The notes: generated by a model not told the origin, from the letters alone. A stretch of DNA of 64,000 nucleotides from an uncultured Rhodospirillales bacterium (GCA_913060675.1 CAJXUS010000017.1:3988-67987); one strand, 5' to 3'; shown: positions 8,116 to 18,363, numbered from the stretch's first letter. Made by a program: numbers and translations.

Positions 8116-9150
8116 CTATTTTGTATCGTGTTTATTTTCCCGGCGCTTACCAAACAGCATCTTGGCTTCCAAGCGCCTTCGGAGAGCTGCGTAATACGCT
8201 TTGAGAAATTCTGTATCCCTGTGAATTTTTCCTTGATGATTTTTCCAGTAATAATTTGATGAGCTAATATTTGGTTCAACCCAGCCAATCTTGGTTTTAA
8301 TGCGCTGTGTGACTTCTTTAATGGTCTTTGGGGCAACGGCAGGTTTTCGCAAAAGCTCTTCGAGGGTTTGCAATTCATAAATCCCATAGGCATCAACCTG
8401 CTCATCAGTGAAGGCATAGCGTTCCGGTTGTTTCTGCTCTTTGCCCTTTATAAGAGATTCTCCTGTTATTTTCGTGCCACTTTCCTGTGCAATGTCACCC
8501 ATCAACACAGTCTTTGGGATTTTCACCACCCAAGTTCCAGCAATCATATCGCCTGCGCGTAAGCGGTCTTTGTTAAAGAAGGGAATACAAACAAACAGCC
8601 CCACCCAGATAATCGTCAGTAAATCAGTAAACCCCTCACTGCCTGTGCCAAAGGGGGAAAAAAGGATGGAGATCGGTAAAAATAATTCCAGCTCCCGCAT
8701 AAGATTGCGGGCAAAGACAGCGTCTGATCTCAACTGACCGCCATGACGATCCACGACCTTTATACCCAAGGCTCTTTTGCCCGGTGTTCGCCCCTGCCAC
8801 TTAATTTCAAAGAAGGTGAAGTAAAAATTATACCAAAGAAAGAGCACAACATTACTCACGGCAAAGAGGATCTGAATGGACCCTTTATCGGTTTCAAGAG
8901 AGGTCCAAATGGCAGAAAACACAAAGGCAATGATCAGAACAACAGGTAATCCATAAACGATCATAAGATCGAGTAACAAGGCGGCGAAACGGTCTCCCCG
9001 AGAGGCCAATTCAAGCCGAACAGGAACACCTTCAGGCGTGATCACCCTGCGCCAAGCTCCTTCAGCTTTAGCTTTCTTCTTACTGGTCTTTGTTTTCTTA
9101 CTGGCTTTTTTGCCCGGATCGTATTTAGGAGAAATTAATGCCTTTGACAT
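8116..9150 (-). CDS. RDD family membrane protein with a C-terminal extension
   Basis: ITPEGVPVRLELASRGDRFAALLLD (RD), GRTPGKRALGIKVV, RNLMRELE and LRAGDMIAGTWVV motifs. Start placed at ATG 9150 (GGAGG upstream). Confidence 0.9.
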   Translation of the reverse strand: MSKALISPKYDPGKKASKKTKTSKKKAKAEGAWRRVITPEGVPVRLELASRGDRFAALLLDLMIVYGLPVVLIIAFVFSAIWTSLETDKGSIQILFAVSNVVLFLWYNFYFTFFEIKWQGRTPGKRALGIKVVDRHGGQLRSDAVFARNLMRELELFLPISILFSPFGTGSEGFTDLLTIIWVGLFVCIPFFNKDRLRAGDMIAGTWVVKIPKTVLMGDIAQESGTKITGESLIKGKEQKQPERYAFTDEQVDAYGIYELQTLEELLRKPAVAPKTIKEVTQRIKTKIGWVEPNISSSNYYWKNHQGKIHRDTEFLKAYYAALRRRLEAKMLFGKRRENKHDTK

Positions 9151-10142
9151 ATTTTCCTCCCCCAATATCCCAAATAACTAAGCCAGAAAACTAGCATCAG
9201 GCCACCGATTGTAAAACGGGTAGTTATGTCTGTTATCCATTGACGACCAAAGCTCTCTAGCAGTGCTGCAATAAGAAGCATTAAAACAGCCCCAATCACC
9301 ACCTTTGCGGCCTGCTTGCCCTCACTTGCAAGGTTGGATAGGCGGGTTTTCTGCCCGGGTGATATTATTCCCTTTGCCACCCCCAAACCGGCAGCACCAC
9401 AGAGTATGATCGCCAAGAGTTCCGTCGTTCCATGGATGGATAACCAAGCTGCGATATCTAGACCAAGCCCACGGCTGGCATAGAGCGCCACAAAAGATCC
9501 AAGTATCAACCCGTTGTAAAATATAAGAATAAACGTCGGCACACCCAAGGCAAAACCAAGGGCAAAAGAGAGCATGCCAACAGAAGAGTTATGCGAAAAA
9601 AGCCCTGACGCAAAATAATTCAGGTCATCTGCATCAAGTTCTCCGCCATCATAAAGCCCCTTGCGAAGATCTTCTGTCGCGCTGGCAGGGTTTCTTCCTC
9701 CTGCCATGCCCTCTCCCACCATCGTGTAGTACCACTCTTCATTTCCAATAGTAAGATAGTAAGCAATAAGAGCCCCAGCGAGCATAATAAGGGTCGTCAG
9801 TAAAACGCGCCAACGGGCATTCCAAACCGCGATCGGAAAATCTTCGAAGATAAACTTGAGGACAGTTCCGCCAAAACTCGCATGTACACCGTAAATACAA
9901 TAATAGGCTCTGGTCGAAAGCAGCTCGAGATATTCCAGTAAATTACGATCAAGCGACACGCCCCTAGCCACTGATAACGAAGAGAGCGTGAAACGATAAA
10001 GATTGGGCAGACGTGTAAGCTCTTGAGCACTAAGGGCTTTAATACCTTTTTTCTCAATGGTCTCAACCAGAGACTGAAGCTCTTTCCATGACCCTTCTCG
10101 CTCTTTTCGAAATTGGGAACTCTTGAGGACGCCATCTGACAT
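9135..10142 (-). CDS. Stage II sporulation protein M (SpoIIM/DUF95)-like membrane protein
   Basis: FSHNSSVGMLSFALG, NGLILG, IHGTTELLAIILCGAAGL and AALLESF motifs; N-terminal ELTRLPNLYR...LSVAR. Confidence 0.88.
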   Translation of the reverse strand: MSDGVLKSSQFRKEREGSWKELQSLVETIEKKGIKALSAQELTRLPNLYRFTLSSLSVARGVSLDRNLLEYLELLSTRAYYCIYGVHASFGGTVLKFIFEDFPIAVWNARWRVLLTTLIMLAGALIAYYLTIGNEEWYYTMVGEGMAGGRNPASATEDLRKGLYDGGELDADDLNYFASGLFSHNSSVGMLSFALGFALGVPTFILIFYNGLILGSFVALYASRGLGLDIAAWLSIHGTTELLAIILCGAAGLGVAKGIISPGQKTRLSNLASEGKQAAKVVIGAVLMLLIAALLESFGRQWITDITTRFTIGGLMLVFWLSYLGYWGRKICQRH

Positions 10143-10162
10143 TTAATTAACACCCCTCATGA

Positions 10163-11479
10163 TCAGATAAGCTCCTGATGTTTAATTTCGAGATATCGCT
10201 CAACTAATGCCGCACTCACAGACGCTGCTGGAGCTTGAATGCAATGAACCCCAAGTCGACGAAGCCTTTCAAAGACAACCTGCCGGTCTCTTAAGAAATC
10301 ATCTGCGACCACTGACTTGGCAATATTATGAATGGAACTTGGCTTTTGGTCTGCGACGTCTGCCAGTTCGCGGTCTTCTAGAGTTACAAATATAATCAGA
10401 TGCCGTTTGGCTAACCGCGTAACATTCTCAATCATCAACTCTGCGGTTACCGTATCTACAAAATCCGTATAGAGAACGATAAGCGAACGCCGTTGTAATC
10501 GACCCATGAGATTAGAAAGACCCAAAGTAAAATTGGTCTCATTATATTGGTAGTCGAGTTTGGCACAGTTTGACTGCAAGTGATTAAAAGCCTGATTACC
10601 GCCAAGGGGTTCTGCATGTATCCTGATTTTGGCATCAAATCCATAGAGGCCGACCCTATCGCCCCCCCGCAAGGCCATGAAGCCCAAAAGCAGCCCCGCA
10701 TTGATCATATGGTCAAGCTGCGGAAGCCCATCCAGGGGGCGGGTCATGAGATGCCCGGTATCAAAAGCCAAAATCACATTGTGATTACGCTCGACCTGAA
10801 ACTCTTTACAGACTAGTTTTCGATGTCGGGCCGAGTGTTTCCAGTCGATTGATCTCAAGTCAAAGCCCGGAACATACTCTTTGAGCGCATCAAACTCGGT
10901 GCCGTCTCCACGGTGTTTTTGTATTTTCGTCCCGTGGAATGCATCTCGGCTGTTAATCTGTAATGCAGCGGCTTTCACAGCATGAACATTTGGGAGAATA
11001 GATACTTTATGATCCAATGGCCATATGGTTTGTCTCTGGATAAGCCCCCAAGGGCTATACCATCTTACCCAAAGTCCCGAGATATGCGCAGATCCCCGTC
11101 GTTTCACAATAAGCGGAAAAGCAATTTCGCCCTCTTGTGAATTATCGAGGTGACGTATTTTAGCGACATCTGGCCTGACAAGATACTCATCCTCAACTTC
11201 TAACAAAGCCTCCAAACCATAAGCCTTGTGCCTGCTGCCAACCGACAAAGAAAAGTAAGCATAATCATCGTGGCCAGCATAAAGAAGCGGGGTAATATTC
11301 TGAGCCAGCGTAACTCGTGAGGGTGCCAAGGAGTTTAAAAAATCAACACCAATGAGTAAAAGAACCAGAAACAAGTAGACGATGCCAAACAGCCACAAAC
11401 TCTCATCCCAGACAATCAGGACAAGACTTAGTGGTATCCCTAGGGATATGAGTAAGGCGGCACGCTGAGTGGGTCTCAT
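10163..11479 (-). CDS. DUF58 domain (vWA-like) protein, MoxR partner
   Basis: GDGTEFDALKEYVPGFDLRSIDWKHSAR signature, AFDTGHLM, GDRVGL, RRSLIVLYTD; two N-terminal TM helices. Confidence 0.92.
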   Translation of the reverse strand: MRPTQRAALLISLGIPLSLVLIVWDESLWLFGIVYLFLVLLLIGVDFLNSLAPSRVTLAQNITPLLYAGHDDYAYFSLSVGSRHKAYGLEALLEVEDEYLVRPDVAKIRHLDNSQEGEIAFPLIVKRRGSAHISGLWVRWYSPWGLIQRQTIWPLDHKVSILPNVHAVKAAALQINSRDAFHGTKIQKHRGDGTEFDALKEYVPGFDLRSIDWKHSARHRKLVCKEFQVERNHNVILAFDTGHLMTRPLDGLPQLDHMINAGLLLGFMALRGGDRVGLYGFDAKIRIHAEPLGGNQAFNHLQSNCAKLDYQYNETNFTLGLSNLMGRLQRRSLIVLYTDFVDTVTAELMIENVTRLAKRHLIIFVTLEDRELADVADQKPSSIHNIAKSVVADDFLRDRQVVFERLRRLGVHCIQAPAASVSAALVERYLEIKHQELI

Positions 11480-12435
11480 TATCTTGGCGCGGCTGTCTGT
11501 TCTAGAATTTCACGAATAACACTGGTGGCCCGAATGCCCTCTATCTCAGCACTTGGGGATAGAACAACACGGTGGTGTAAACCGGGAATAGCAATAAACT
11601 TAACATCATCAGGAATTACATAATCCCGCCCTTGTAGAGCAGCATAAGCCCGTGATGCCGCAGCCAGCATGGTTGCGGAACGCGGTGATCCACCGAATTG
11701 AAGAGATGGGTGTTCCCGGGTCGCGCGGACAACCGAGACGATATAGTTTGTAATTTCCGGGCTCAGTTTAATACCACTGACAACCGTGCGCATTTCTTCC
11801 AGTTTGGCTAAATCAGCAACACTTCTAAGCCCAAAATCATCCAGCTTAGGCATAGAGGTTTGATGACCATGTCGGGTAACAATCGATCTTTCTTCCGCTT
11901 CACTTGGATACTCGAGAACATACTTGAACATAAAACGATCAAGCTGAGCTTCTGGTAGAGGATAAGTCCCTTGTTGTTCTATCGGGTTCTGGGTTGCGAT
12001 GACCAAGAAACCCTCTCCCAGATCATGACTGGTGCCATCAATCGTCACCGTACGCTCGCTCATGGCTTCAAGCAGGGCAGATTGTGTTTTTGGTGGCGTT
12101 CGGTTGATCTCATCAGCCAGCAAAAGATCCGTAAATATCGGTCCTTTTGTTAAGGAGAATTCATTGGTTTGAAAGTTAAACAGGTTGGTTCCCAGTACAT
12201 CCCCAGGCATAAGATCGGGTGTAAACTGGATACGGCCAAAATTCAGGCTCAAGGCCTTGGAAAAGGATCTCACTAAAAGAGTTTTACCTGTTCCAGGCAC
12301 CCCTTCTAAAAGTAAGTGCCCTTTGCACAATAAGCTGACAAGCATCAGGTCCAAGGCGCCTTCTTGTCCAATGATTGTACGACGTACTTCTGCTTTCAAA
12401 CCGTTACTAATGGTCCGGATATCATCCAGTTCCAT
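11479..12435 (-). CDS. MoxR family AAA+ ATPase
   Basis: Walker [25 protein letters not shown], Walker [50 protein letters not shown]. Confidence 0.95.
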   Translation of the reverse strand: MELDDIRTISNGLKAEVRRTIIGQEGALDLMLVSLLCKGHLLLEGVPGTGKTLLVRSFSKALSLNFGRIQFTPDLMPGDVLGTNLFNFQTNEFSLTKGPIFTDLLLADEINRTPPKTQSALLEAMSERTVTIDGTSHDLGEGFLVIATQNPIEQQGTYPLPEAQLDRFMFKYVLEYPSEAEERSIVTRHGHQTSMPKLDDFGLRSVADLAKLEEMRTVVSGIKLSPEITNYIVSVVRATREHPSLQFGGSPRSATMLAAASRAYAALQGRDYVIPDDVKFIAIPGLHHRVVLSPSAEIEGIRATSVIREILEQTAAPR

Positions 12436-13678
12436 GCAACATCTCCTGTTTCCAACGATGAATATCCTGAGCCGCCTTTATGGCCGCCAGAACATTAAAT
12501 GAATTTGATGTATATTGTTGTTCGGCTTTGTGAACGGCCTCACTACCATTGATCCGTAATCCCCGAGCATGGCCGACACGATCAAGCCATTGGAGAAGTT
12601 CATACCCTTCAAGATCTTTAGGGGCGTGGAGGTTGGTCGCGACAGAATGTAGAGATCTTTCAACATAATGACGCAGCATCAAGGCGCCATGCCCTCCAAA
12701 AGCAAGTAACTCAGCCGTATTCCCGATTAAAAATTCTTTGCCTGCCTGATAGGACTTCTCTGTTTTTTCCGGTGCGCCAAATCGAGACATCGAACTCCAC
12801 ACAAGCAACAATACAGAACAGACAGCCAATAGAGTAACCACAGCAAAGGGAAATTCTAACATCTTCCGCCATAAGCTCGGCTCTGAAGCATAGCCATGGG
12901 AGGTTTCATCGACGATCACGCCGCCGACATTATTCAAGGTCAACTCATTGAGAACACTAACGATAAACTCTGCGTTGCCACCGTTATCCAGGCCATGATT
13001 AGACAGCACATCGGGATCGCTTAAAATCCATGTTCGATCAATATCATATAGAAAGCCCGGCTTAATAACTTCTGCCAACAAAATGCCGCTATCATTATAA
13101 ACCAGAGGTCGAATAAGGTCGGAATCACCCGATATCAGTTGAGGCGCAGGCAGTGAAGGTTGCTGGCTTAACGAGAAAAAATCAGGATCCCATGAAAAAT
13201 TTTCGGCCCGTAAATCAAGATCGCTACGAACAAGGGCAATATCATTCGAAACATAATCAATTATGTTTTCGACCTCTGTAGGACTTCGAAGTTCGAGGAG
13301 CTTTACCCATTTACGTTTTTTACGGTCTTGTTGAGCATTCCATTTAGGTAAAACGATTAAAGATCCGACACCGCTAAAACCAGACAAGGTGTCCGATAGA
13401 CCCTTTTGGCTTTCAGGTTCAATAACAAGTTTCACATCAGAAAAATTAAAACCACCCTGGGCTTGCTGACTGATCCTTACCCGGTAATTTAACTTTTTAA
13501 GTAGTTTGGTGAAAGCCTTGTGGCCAATCGCCGATTCAGAATAGGAGTTTGCGCCATACGAGCTAATTTGAATGAGTTTATCTTGATATATCGAAGCAAT
13601 GAAAGCACCGGCAAAAGACAGCGTTCCGATTAAAACCAACCAGAAAAGAGTCCGTTTGGAAAATATCCGATCATCCAT
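12422..13678 (-). CDS. DUF4350 domain membrane-anchored protein
   Basis: [34 protein letters not shown] and SRFGAP motifs; position upstream of MoxR. Confidence 0.8.
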   Translation of the reverse strand: MDDRIFSKRTLFWLVLIGTLSFAGAFIASIYQDKLIQISSYGANSYSESAIGHKAFTKLLKKLNYRVRISQQAQGGFNFSDVKLVIEPESQKGLSDTLSGFSGVGSLIVLPKWNAQQDRKKRKWVKLLELRSPTEVENIIDYVSNDIALVRSDLDLRAENFSWDPDFFSLSQQPSLPAPQLISGDSDLIRPLVYNDSGILLAEVIKPGFLYDIDRTWILSDPDVLSNHGLDNGGNAEFIVSVLNELTLNNVGGVIVDETSHGYASEPSLWRKMLEFPFAVVTLLAVCSVLLLVWSSMSRFGAPEKTEKSYQAGKEFLIGNTAELLAFGGHGALMLRHYVERSLHSVATNLHAPKDLEGYELLQWLDRVGHARGLRINGSEAVHKAEQQYTSNSFNVLAAIKAAQDIHRWKQEMLHGTG

Positions 13679-14538
13679 CAGATTACCGCCCCCTCAACCG
13701 AGGTTGATGAGCGTCCCGGTTTTACAAAGACATGAAACGCATCCCTGCATACATTAAATTCATGTTCACCAGCTGATCGGCCCCCAAACTCGGTAAGCTC
13801 TTCAGCATCGACAATAACACTCATTTTCTGACGCACATCAGATGGTAACCAGTCAGCTTTTAATATCTCTCGATTTGTCAAAGCTGCAGGCAAAGCTGAG
13901 TGATAGCTTTCACGAACATGTTTCAAGCAACAAAACAATAAAGCCCTGATCGCGGCTTCAAACTGACCTTTTTGGGCCAGTTGATCTGCGTATTCCAAGG
14001 TCTCCTTGCTCAATGTCTCTGGCATATTGGTGACACGAGAATAAGAAGCTGGTTTATCTTCAAGAACAGTTTTGTTTTGAGGTCGCCGCTTCAAATCCTT
14101 GAGATAATTAAAAATCGCTTTGGCGATTAACACCGCAACTAAAGCCAAAAAGCCATAAACCAAAATTTTCCCCAAAAACCCTAAGGCAGAAAGGTCTAGT
14201 TTCTCAGAGTTTTCTTCTTTTTTCGGAGGCGGAATTTTTTTTTCAACCTTGGTTTCTTTTATTTCGAGCGGGAGCTCGCTTTGATAGCGATCATCTGAAT
14301 ACAAACTATCCATTGCTTCCTCTATTTCAGAAGAAGCAGCATAGGATGTGTCCAGCGATGCCAAATGACCGATGATCACAAGAGAGATAAAGCAAAAGAA
14401 AAAGCCTTTTCGAACGGATCGAAAGACTTTTGTCTGCTTATTTATTTTCCCAGATGACAACACTGGATTAAATAACCCCCAACACACCTTAATCAACAAC
14501 ACATTATTGGTGGTTAATAAAATTACTGCGTACAGCAA
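13678..14538 (-). CDS. DUF4129 domain membrane protein (true start uncertain)
   Basis: TM helix, then ADQLAQKGQFEAAIRALL...ALTNREIL...ELTEFGGR...EFNVCRDAF, typical of DUF4129 C-termini. Confidence 0.75.
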   Translation of the reverse strand: MLYAVILLTTNNVLLIKVCWGLFNPVLSSGKINKQTKVFRSVRKGFFFCFISLVIIGHLASLDTSYAASSEIEEAMDSLYSDDRYQSELPLEIKETKVEKKIPPPKKEENSEKLDLSALGFLGKILVYGFLALVAVLIAKAIFNYLKDLKRRPQNKTVLEDKPASYSRVTNMPETLSKETLEYADQLAQKGQFEAAIRALLFCCLKHVRESYHSALPAALTNREILKADWLPSDVRQKMSVIVDAEELTEFGGRSAGEHEFNVCRDAFHVFVKPGRSSTSVEGAVI

Positions 14539-14740
14539 CGCATCACCAAAACCTTTACGAGCATTGCCCGAACAATGACACAGCCATAGGAAATATGTCT
14601 AGAGGTTTTATACCAATTAAAACAACTAAGAAGCTTTAAATCGAATATTTCAGAATCACACCGGTTCAATCAATATCATAGTACAAACGCAACGTGACGC
14701 ATATTGTAACATTAGGTAACTGGATGACGGCTTCATAGGC

Positions 14741-15292
14741 TCAAGCTAATTCTTGAGATATTAATTGGTCAAAAGTTGCCATCCCATCCAGGGAACGTGC
14801 AACTATGAGCCCGCCCTCAAGCAAAGCAAGAAGGCGTAAAGACTTTTGTCTCGCTTGTTCAATTGAAATGTTATCATCACTTTTTGAAAGATAAACTTGA
14901 TCCAACCACAAAAGGTTTTTTACGAAAAACACTTTTGAAACGACAATCATATTCTCAGGTAGGGATGAAATTTCAGCTCCGAGCATGCCACACAAACACA
15001 TCTGGTCACCTGAAGAATAAGAAGACCTGAAAGCAGCAATATATCGAGATATTTGCTCCTCAAAGGTGTACCTATCGGGAGGACCTAGGGCTTCGAGAAA
15101 CTGTTCTGTGTAGCGCTCGGCCACGGCAGCACCGAGATCAGCTTTGGAAGGAAAATGATAATGAATACTGGCGGTTTTAATACCAACATCTGCAGCAATA
15201 TCACGAAAGCTAAAAGCATTGTAACCTTTAGTTCGAATATAGCCTTCTGCCGCATCCATAATTTTCGTCGACGTGTCTGCTGTACTACTCAT
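14741..15292 (-). CDS. TetR/AcrR family transcriptional regulator (NemR-like)
   Basis: IMDAAEGYIRTKGYNAFSFRDIAADVGIKTASIHYHFPSKADL HTH; MCLCGML motif. Confidence 0.92.
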   Translation of the reverse strand: MSSTADTSTKIMDAAEGYIRTKGYNAFSFRDIAADVGIKTASIHYHFPSKADLGAAVAERYTEQFLEALGPPDRYTFEEQISRYIAAFRSSYSSGDQMCLCGMLGAEISSLPENMIVVSKVFFVKNLLWLDQVYLSKSDDNISIEQARQKSLRLLALLEGGLIVARSLDGMATFDQLISQELA

Positions 15293-15301
15293 ATAAACCT
15301 C

Positions 15302-15384
15302 TTATCTACTACTTGATAGATAACCTCTTGCAGAATAAATTTAAAGACCTAAGTATAAACACAGCAACCTACCTATTGATAGAT
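15302..15384. promoter_or_regulatory. Two related boxes in the TetR/cupin divergent region
   Basis: Palindrome TTATCTA-N8-TAGATAA at 15302-15323. ATCTACTACTTGATAGAT (15304-15321) and ACCTACCTATTGATAGAT (15367-15384) match at 14 of 18 positions. Confidence 0.5.
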
Positions 15385-15402
15385 TGAGCACTGGATTTAC
15401 GT

Positions 15403-16092
15403 ATGCGCATCAATGCCGATTTCAAGCAATTAGTTATCATCAAACCAGAAGACACAACCTGGACTCCCTCGCCTGCAATGGGTGTTGAACGGATCATGCT
15501 TGATCGCATTGGGGATGAAGTTGCAAGAGCGACAACGATTGTTCGCTTTGCAGAGGATAAATATTTCCCAGAGCACCAGCACGACGGTGGCGAAGAGTTT
15601 TTCGTATTAGAGGGCGTGTTTTCAGATCAGTACGGAGATTTCCCAGCAGGGACCTATGTACGTAACCCCGTGGGTACAAGTCACTCACCCCATACGGTTG
15701 AAGGCTGTACGATCTTTGTAAAACTATGGCAATTTGAACAACAAGATAATAAACAATTTTCCATAGATACTAACACTGCGCAATGGATCTCAGGTGATAA
15801 TCAAGAGCAAGATATCCTCCCCCTTCATCAATACAAAGATGAAATCGTTCAACTTGAAAGATGGAATAAAGGTGCCGATATCGATCGTGTGGCGCCGAAA
15901 GGTGGCCTTGAAATATTAATTCTTGCAGGGACACTTCAAAATAACGGCGAACTCTATCCCCAAAGAACCTGGCTTCGTTATCCCGAAGCAGAAAGAATTA
16001 ATTTCACTGTTTTTGAAAGTTGCACCCTGTTTTGTAAAACGGGCCACCTACTCAATCTCGATAGCCCTGATAAACAGCCTGAAAAAGAATAA
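15403..16092 (+). CDS. ChrR-like tandem cupin domain protein
   Basis: MRINADF, SPAMGVERIMLDRIGDEVARATTIVRF, HQHDGGEEFFVLEG, GTYVRNP, HSPH and IFVKLWQF motifs. Confidence 0.88.
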   Translation: MRINADFKQLVIIKPEDTTWTPSPAMGVERIMLDRIGDEVARATTIVRFAEDKYFPEHQHDGGEEFFVLEGVFSDQYGDFPAGTYVRNPVGTSHSPHTVEGCTIFVKLWQFEQQDNKQFSIDTNTAQWISGDNQEQDILPLHQYKDEIVQLERWNKGADIDRVAPKGGLEILILAGTLQNNGELYPQRTWLRYPEAERINFTVFESCTLFCKTGHLLNLDSPDKQPEKE

Positions 16093-16128
16093 AACAAGAT
16101 ACGGTATATTTTTTCTCATTATTTTTGG

Positions 16129-16159
16129 AAAAGGAGATCGTCATTCGATCTCCTTTTTT
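16129..16159 (+). terminator. Rho-independent terminator
   Basis: AAAAGGAGATCG-TCATT-CGATCTCCTTTT followed by further T residues, downstream of the cupin gene. Confidence 0.75.
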
Positions 16160-16222
16160 GCTAGAGTACTAAAACAAGACCTATTGATTAGAAACAAACC
16201 CATTTACCCAACAGGTTCCTCT

Positions 16223-17221
16223 ATGCTTACAGAATTCAATCCTTCTGTCCCGCTTGCGTTTCTTCCGACACCGCTCCAACCTCTTAACCGACTTTCCAAG
16301 GCTCTCGGTGGGCCTTTGATTTATATGAAGCGCGATGATTGTACCGGTCTCGCAGGGGGCGGAAACAAAACCAGGAAGTTAGAATTCTTGATAGCTGACG
16401 CGCTTGAAAAAGGGGCCGACTGCGTCATTACTGCCGGTGGGTTACAATCTAATCACGTCCGGCAAACTGCCGCGGCAGCCGCACGATACGGATTGAAATG
16501 TCACTTGGTTCTTGTCCGAAATGTCGCCTGGGATGACGCCGCGTATCAAACCTCGGGAAACATTGTCCTTGATCACTTGCTCGGCGCTAAAATTTCAATC
16601 CATCCTGCCGGTGCTGATCGTGACCAGATAATGGAAGACCTGTCAGCGGAGCTAAGCGGAAAAGGAAAGACACCCTATATTATTCCGGTTGGGGGATCGA
16701 ACGCGGTTGGAGCATTAGGTTATGCTTCCGCCGCTATTGAAATCCTAGAACAATGCCGCAATCTTAAAATATCTCCTTCAGCTCTGTACCACGCAACGTC
16801 CAGTGGCGGCACCCAAGCCGGATTAATTGCGGGTTTAATAACCGCAAAACGCCCCTTCCCGGTTATTGGTATAGAAGTCGACGGTAAAACTGGCCCCGTG
16901 ACAGAAGCTATAGAGAGCATTGTTCCTTACACACTGGAAAAGCTCGGCCGTTTTGAAGTCTGGAACCCTGACCCAGATCTAAACGTCATTACGGGCTATG
17001 GTGGTGAGAACTACGGCATCCCGACATCATCAGGAAAAGAGGCCCTTGAACTTGTCGCCAGAATAGAAGGCATCCTGTTAGACCCAGTCTATTCAGGCAA
17101 AGGCTTTGCTGGTCTGATCGATCACATTCGTACTGGCAAGTTTTCTAAGGATGAAAGCGTAATTTTCCTTCACACAGGTGGCGCACAAGCCATTGGGGCT
17201 TATCCATCCGTTTTCTCTTGA
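16223..17221 (+). CDS. dcyD: D-cysteine desulfhydrase (PLP-dependent, ACC deaminase superfamily)
   Basis: MKRDDCTGLAGGGNKTRKLEFL and QSNHVR motifs. DPVYSGK and LHTGG carry Ser/Thr where ACC deaminases have Glu/Leu. Start placed at ATG 16223, after the terminator. Confidence 0.85.
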   Translation: MLTEFNPSVPLAFLPTPLQPLNRLSKALGGPLIYMKRDDCTGLAGGGNKTRKLEFLIADALEKGADCVITAGGLQSNHVRQTAAAAARYGLKCHLVLVRNVAWDDAAYQTSGNIVLDHLLGAKISIHPAGADRDQIMEDLSAELSGKGKTPYIIPVGGSNAVGALGYASAAIEILEQCRNLKISPSALYHATSSGGTQAGLIAGLITAKRPFPVIGIEVDGKTGPVTEAIESIVPYTLEKLGRFEVWNPDPDLNVITGYGGENYGIPTSSGKEALELVARIEGILLDPVYSGKGFAGLIDHIRTGKFSKDESVIFLHTGGAQAIGAYPSVFS

Positions 17222-17243
17222 AACACAAACAGGTACAATTGAT

Positions 17244-17882
17244 ATGAAACGGGTTTGTTTTATTGGCGCTTCCATTATGGAGGGTATGGGCGATGAAGCG
17301 AAATTGGGCATGCCGGGCCGCCTTGCGCTCCTTGAAGCTCAAAGCAAGACACCTTTTATTCACTATAATCTCGGCGTCCGCGGTCAGACCTTGCGTGAAA
17401 TTTCTGTACGCGCGATCGACGAATGTAAATCACGTTTGCTAAACATAGAAAGCAACTTTATCGTTTTTGCAACGGGATCAAATGACTTTGCCATAACGGA
17501 TACAGGTATCCCTCGAACCCCACGGCACCGGGCCATGAAACAATTTCGAGACCTTATTGTTCAGTTAGAGAACGTTGCTCCGCTATTGGTTTTGGGTCCA
17601 ACACCTGTAGATGAAAATAAAATGCCTTTTCTTTCGGTCCAAAGTGGTATGAGCTTTGACTTTAAGAACAATGACTTGGTTGAGGGCGCTAATGAATATA
17701 AGGATATCTGCTCACAACAAGAGATCCCCTTCTTGAACTTGCATCAAGAGCTTGTCAAAGACCCCGATTATATGGAGGGCTTAAGAGTTAACGACGGTCT
17801 ACATTCCATTGGGAGAGGCTATCAGGCAATGGCTCAAACCGTATACTCTTCACCTCAGTGGAAAATCCTTCTCTCTAAATAA
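17244..17882 (+). CDS. SGNH/GDSL hydrolase
   Basis: Block I FIGASIMEG (GDS-like), block II NLGVRG, block III GSND, block V DGLH. Start placed at ATG 17244. Confidence 0.85.
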   Translation: MKRVCFIGASIMEGMGDEAKLGMPGRLALLEAQSKTPFIHYNLGVRGQTLREISVRAIDECKSRLLNIESNFIVFATGSNDFAITDTGIPRTPRHRAMKQFRDLIVQLENVAPLLVLGPTPVDENKMPFLSVQSGMSFDFKNNDLVEGANEYKDICSQQEIPFLNLHQELVKDPDYMEGLRVNDGLHSIGRGYQAMAQTVYSSPQWKILLSK

Positions 17883-17904
17883 ATTGGTTCTGAAACATCC
17901 AGAT

Positions 17905-18363
17905 TTAAATCGGTATTTCTAATCCGACCTTAACCTTGTCCATAACAACAGTTGTCTCAAATTCTTTTATGGCTGGTTTGTCAAAAAAGACTTTCCGGGT
18001 GAATTGTTCGTAAGCTTCCATATCTTTGGCCGTCACGATCAGAACAAAATCGAAAGCACCCGTCACATTGTAGCATTGCTGAACTTCAGGCAGGGCGATT
18101 AAGTCTCGCTTCAAGCGGTCAAGGATCTCTGCGCCACAACGCCCGATCACAAGTTGAACGATTAACGTAACAGGTCTGCCTGCAATTTCAGGATTTAGAA
18201 CGGCGACCTCTTTTGTTATTGCTCCAGTATCTCTTAAACGCTTAATCCGACGCTGACAGGCCGTAGCTGATAGGCCCACCTGTTCAGCTATATATTCCGA
18301 CTTAAAGCGCACGTTTTCTTGTAAACATCGCAAAATTGCTTTATCGAAATTATCTATCGTCAT
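17905..18363 (-). CDS. Lrp/AsnC family transcriptional regulator
   Basis: DNFDKAILRCLQEN...IAEQVGLSATACQRRIKRLRDTG HTH; PEVQQCYNVTGAFDFVL. Confidence 0.95.
   Translation of the reverse strand: MTIDNFDKAILRCLQENVRFKSEYIAEQVGLSATACQRRIKRLRDTGAITKEVAVLNPEIAGRPVTLIVQLVIGRCGAEILDRLKRDLIALPEVQQCYNVTGAFDFVLIVTAKDMEAYEQFTRKVFFDKPAIKEFETTVVMDKVKVGLEIPI

Noticed and set aside
15403-16092. Cupin DMSP lyase (DddQ/W/K-like)
   Set aside because: The sequence matches the ChrR-like tandem cupin pattern; nothing specifically supports a DMSP lyase.
15923-16222. 100-aa N-terminal extension of the D-cysteine desulfhydrase ORF
   Set aside because: It overlaps the cupin gene and crosses a clear intrinsic terminator; family similarity starts only after Met at 16223.
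16223-17221. ACC deaminase call
   Set aside because: The diagnostic positions are Ser (DPVYSGK) and Thr (HTGG) rather than the Glu/Leu of ACC deaminases.
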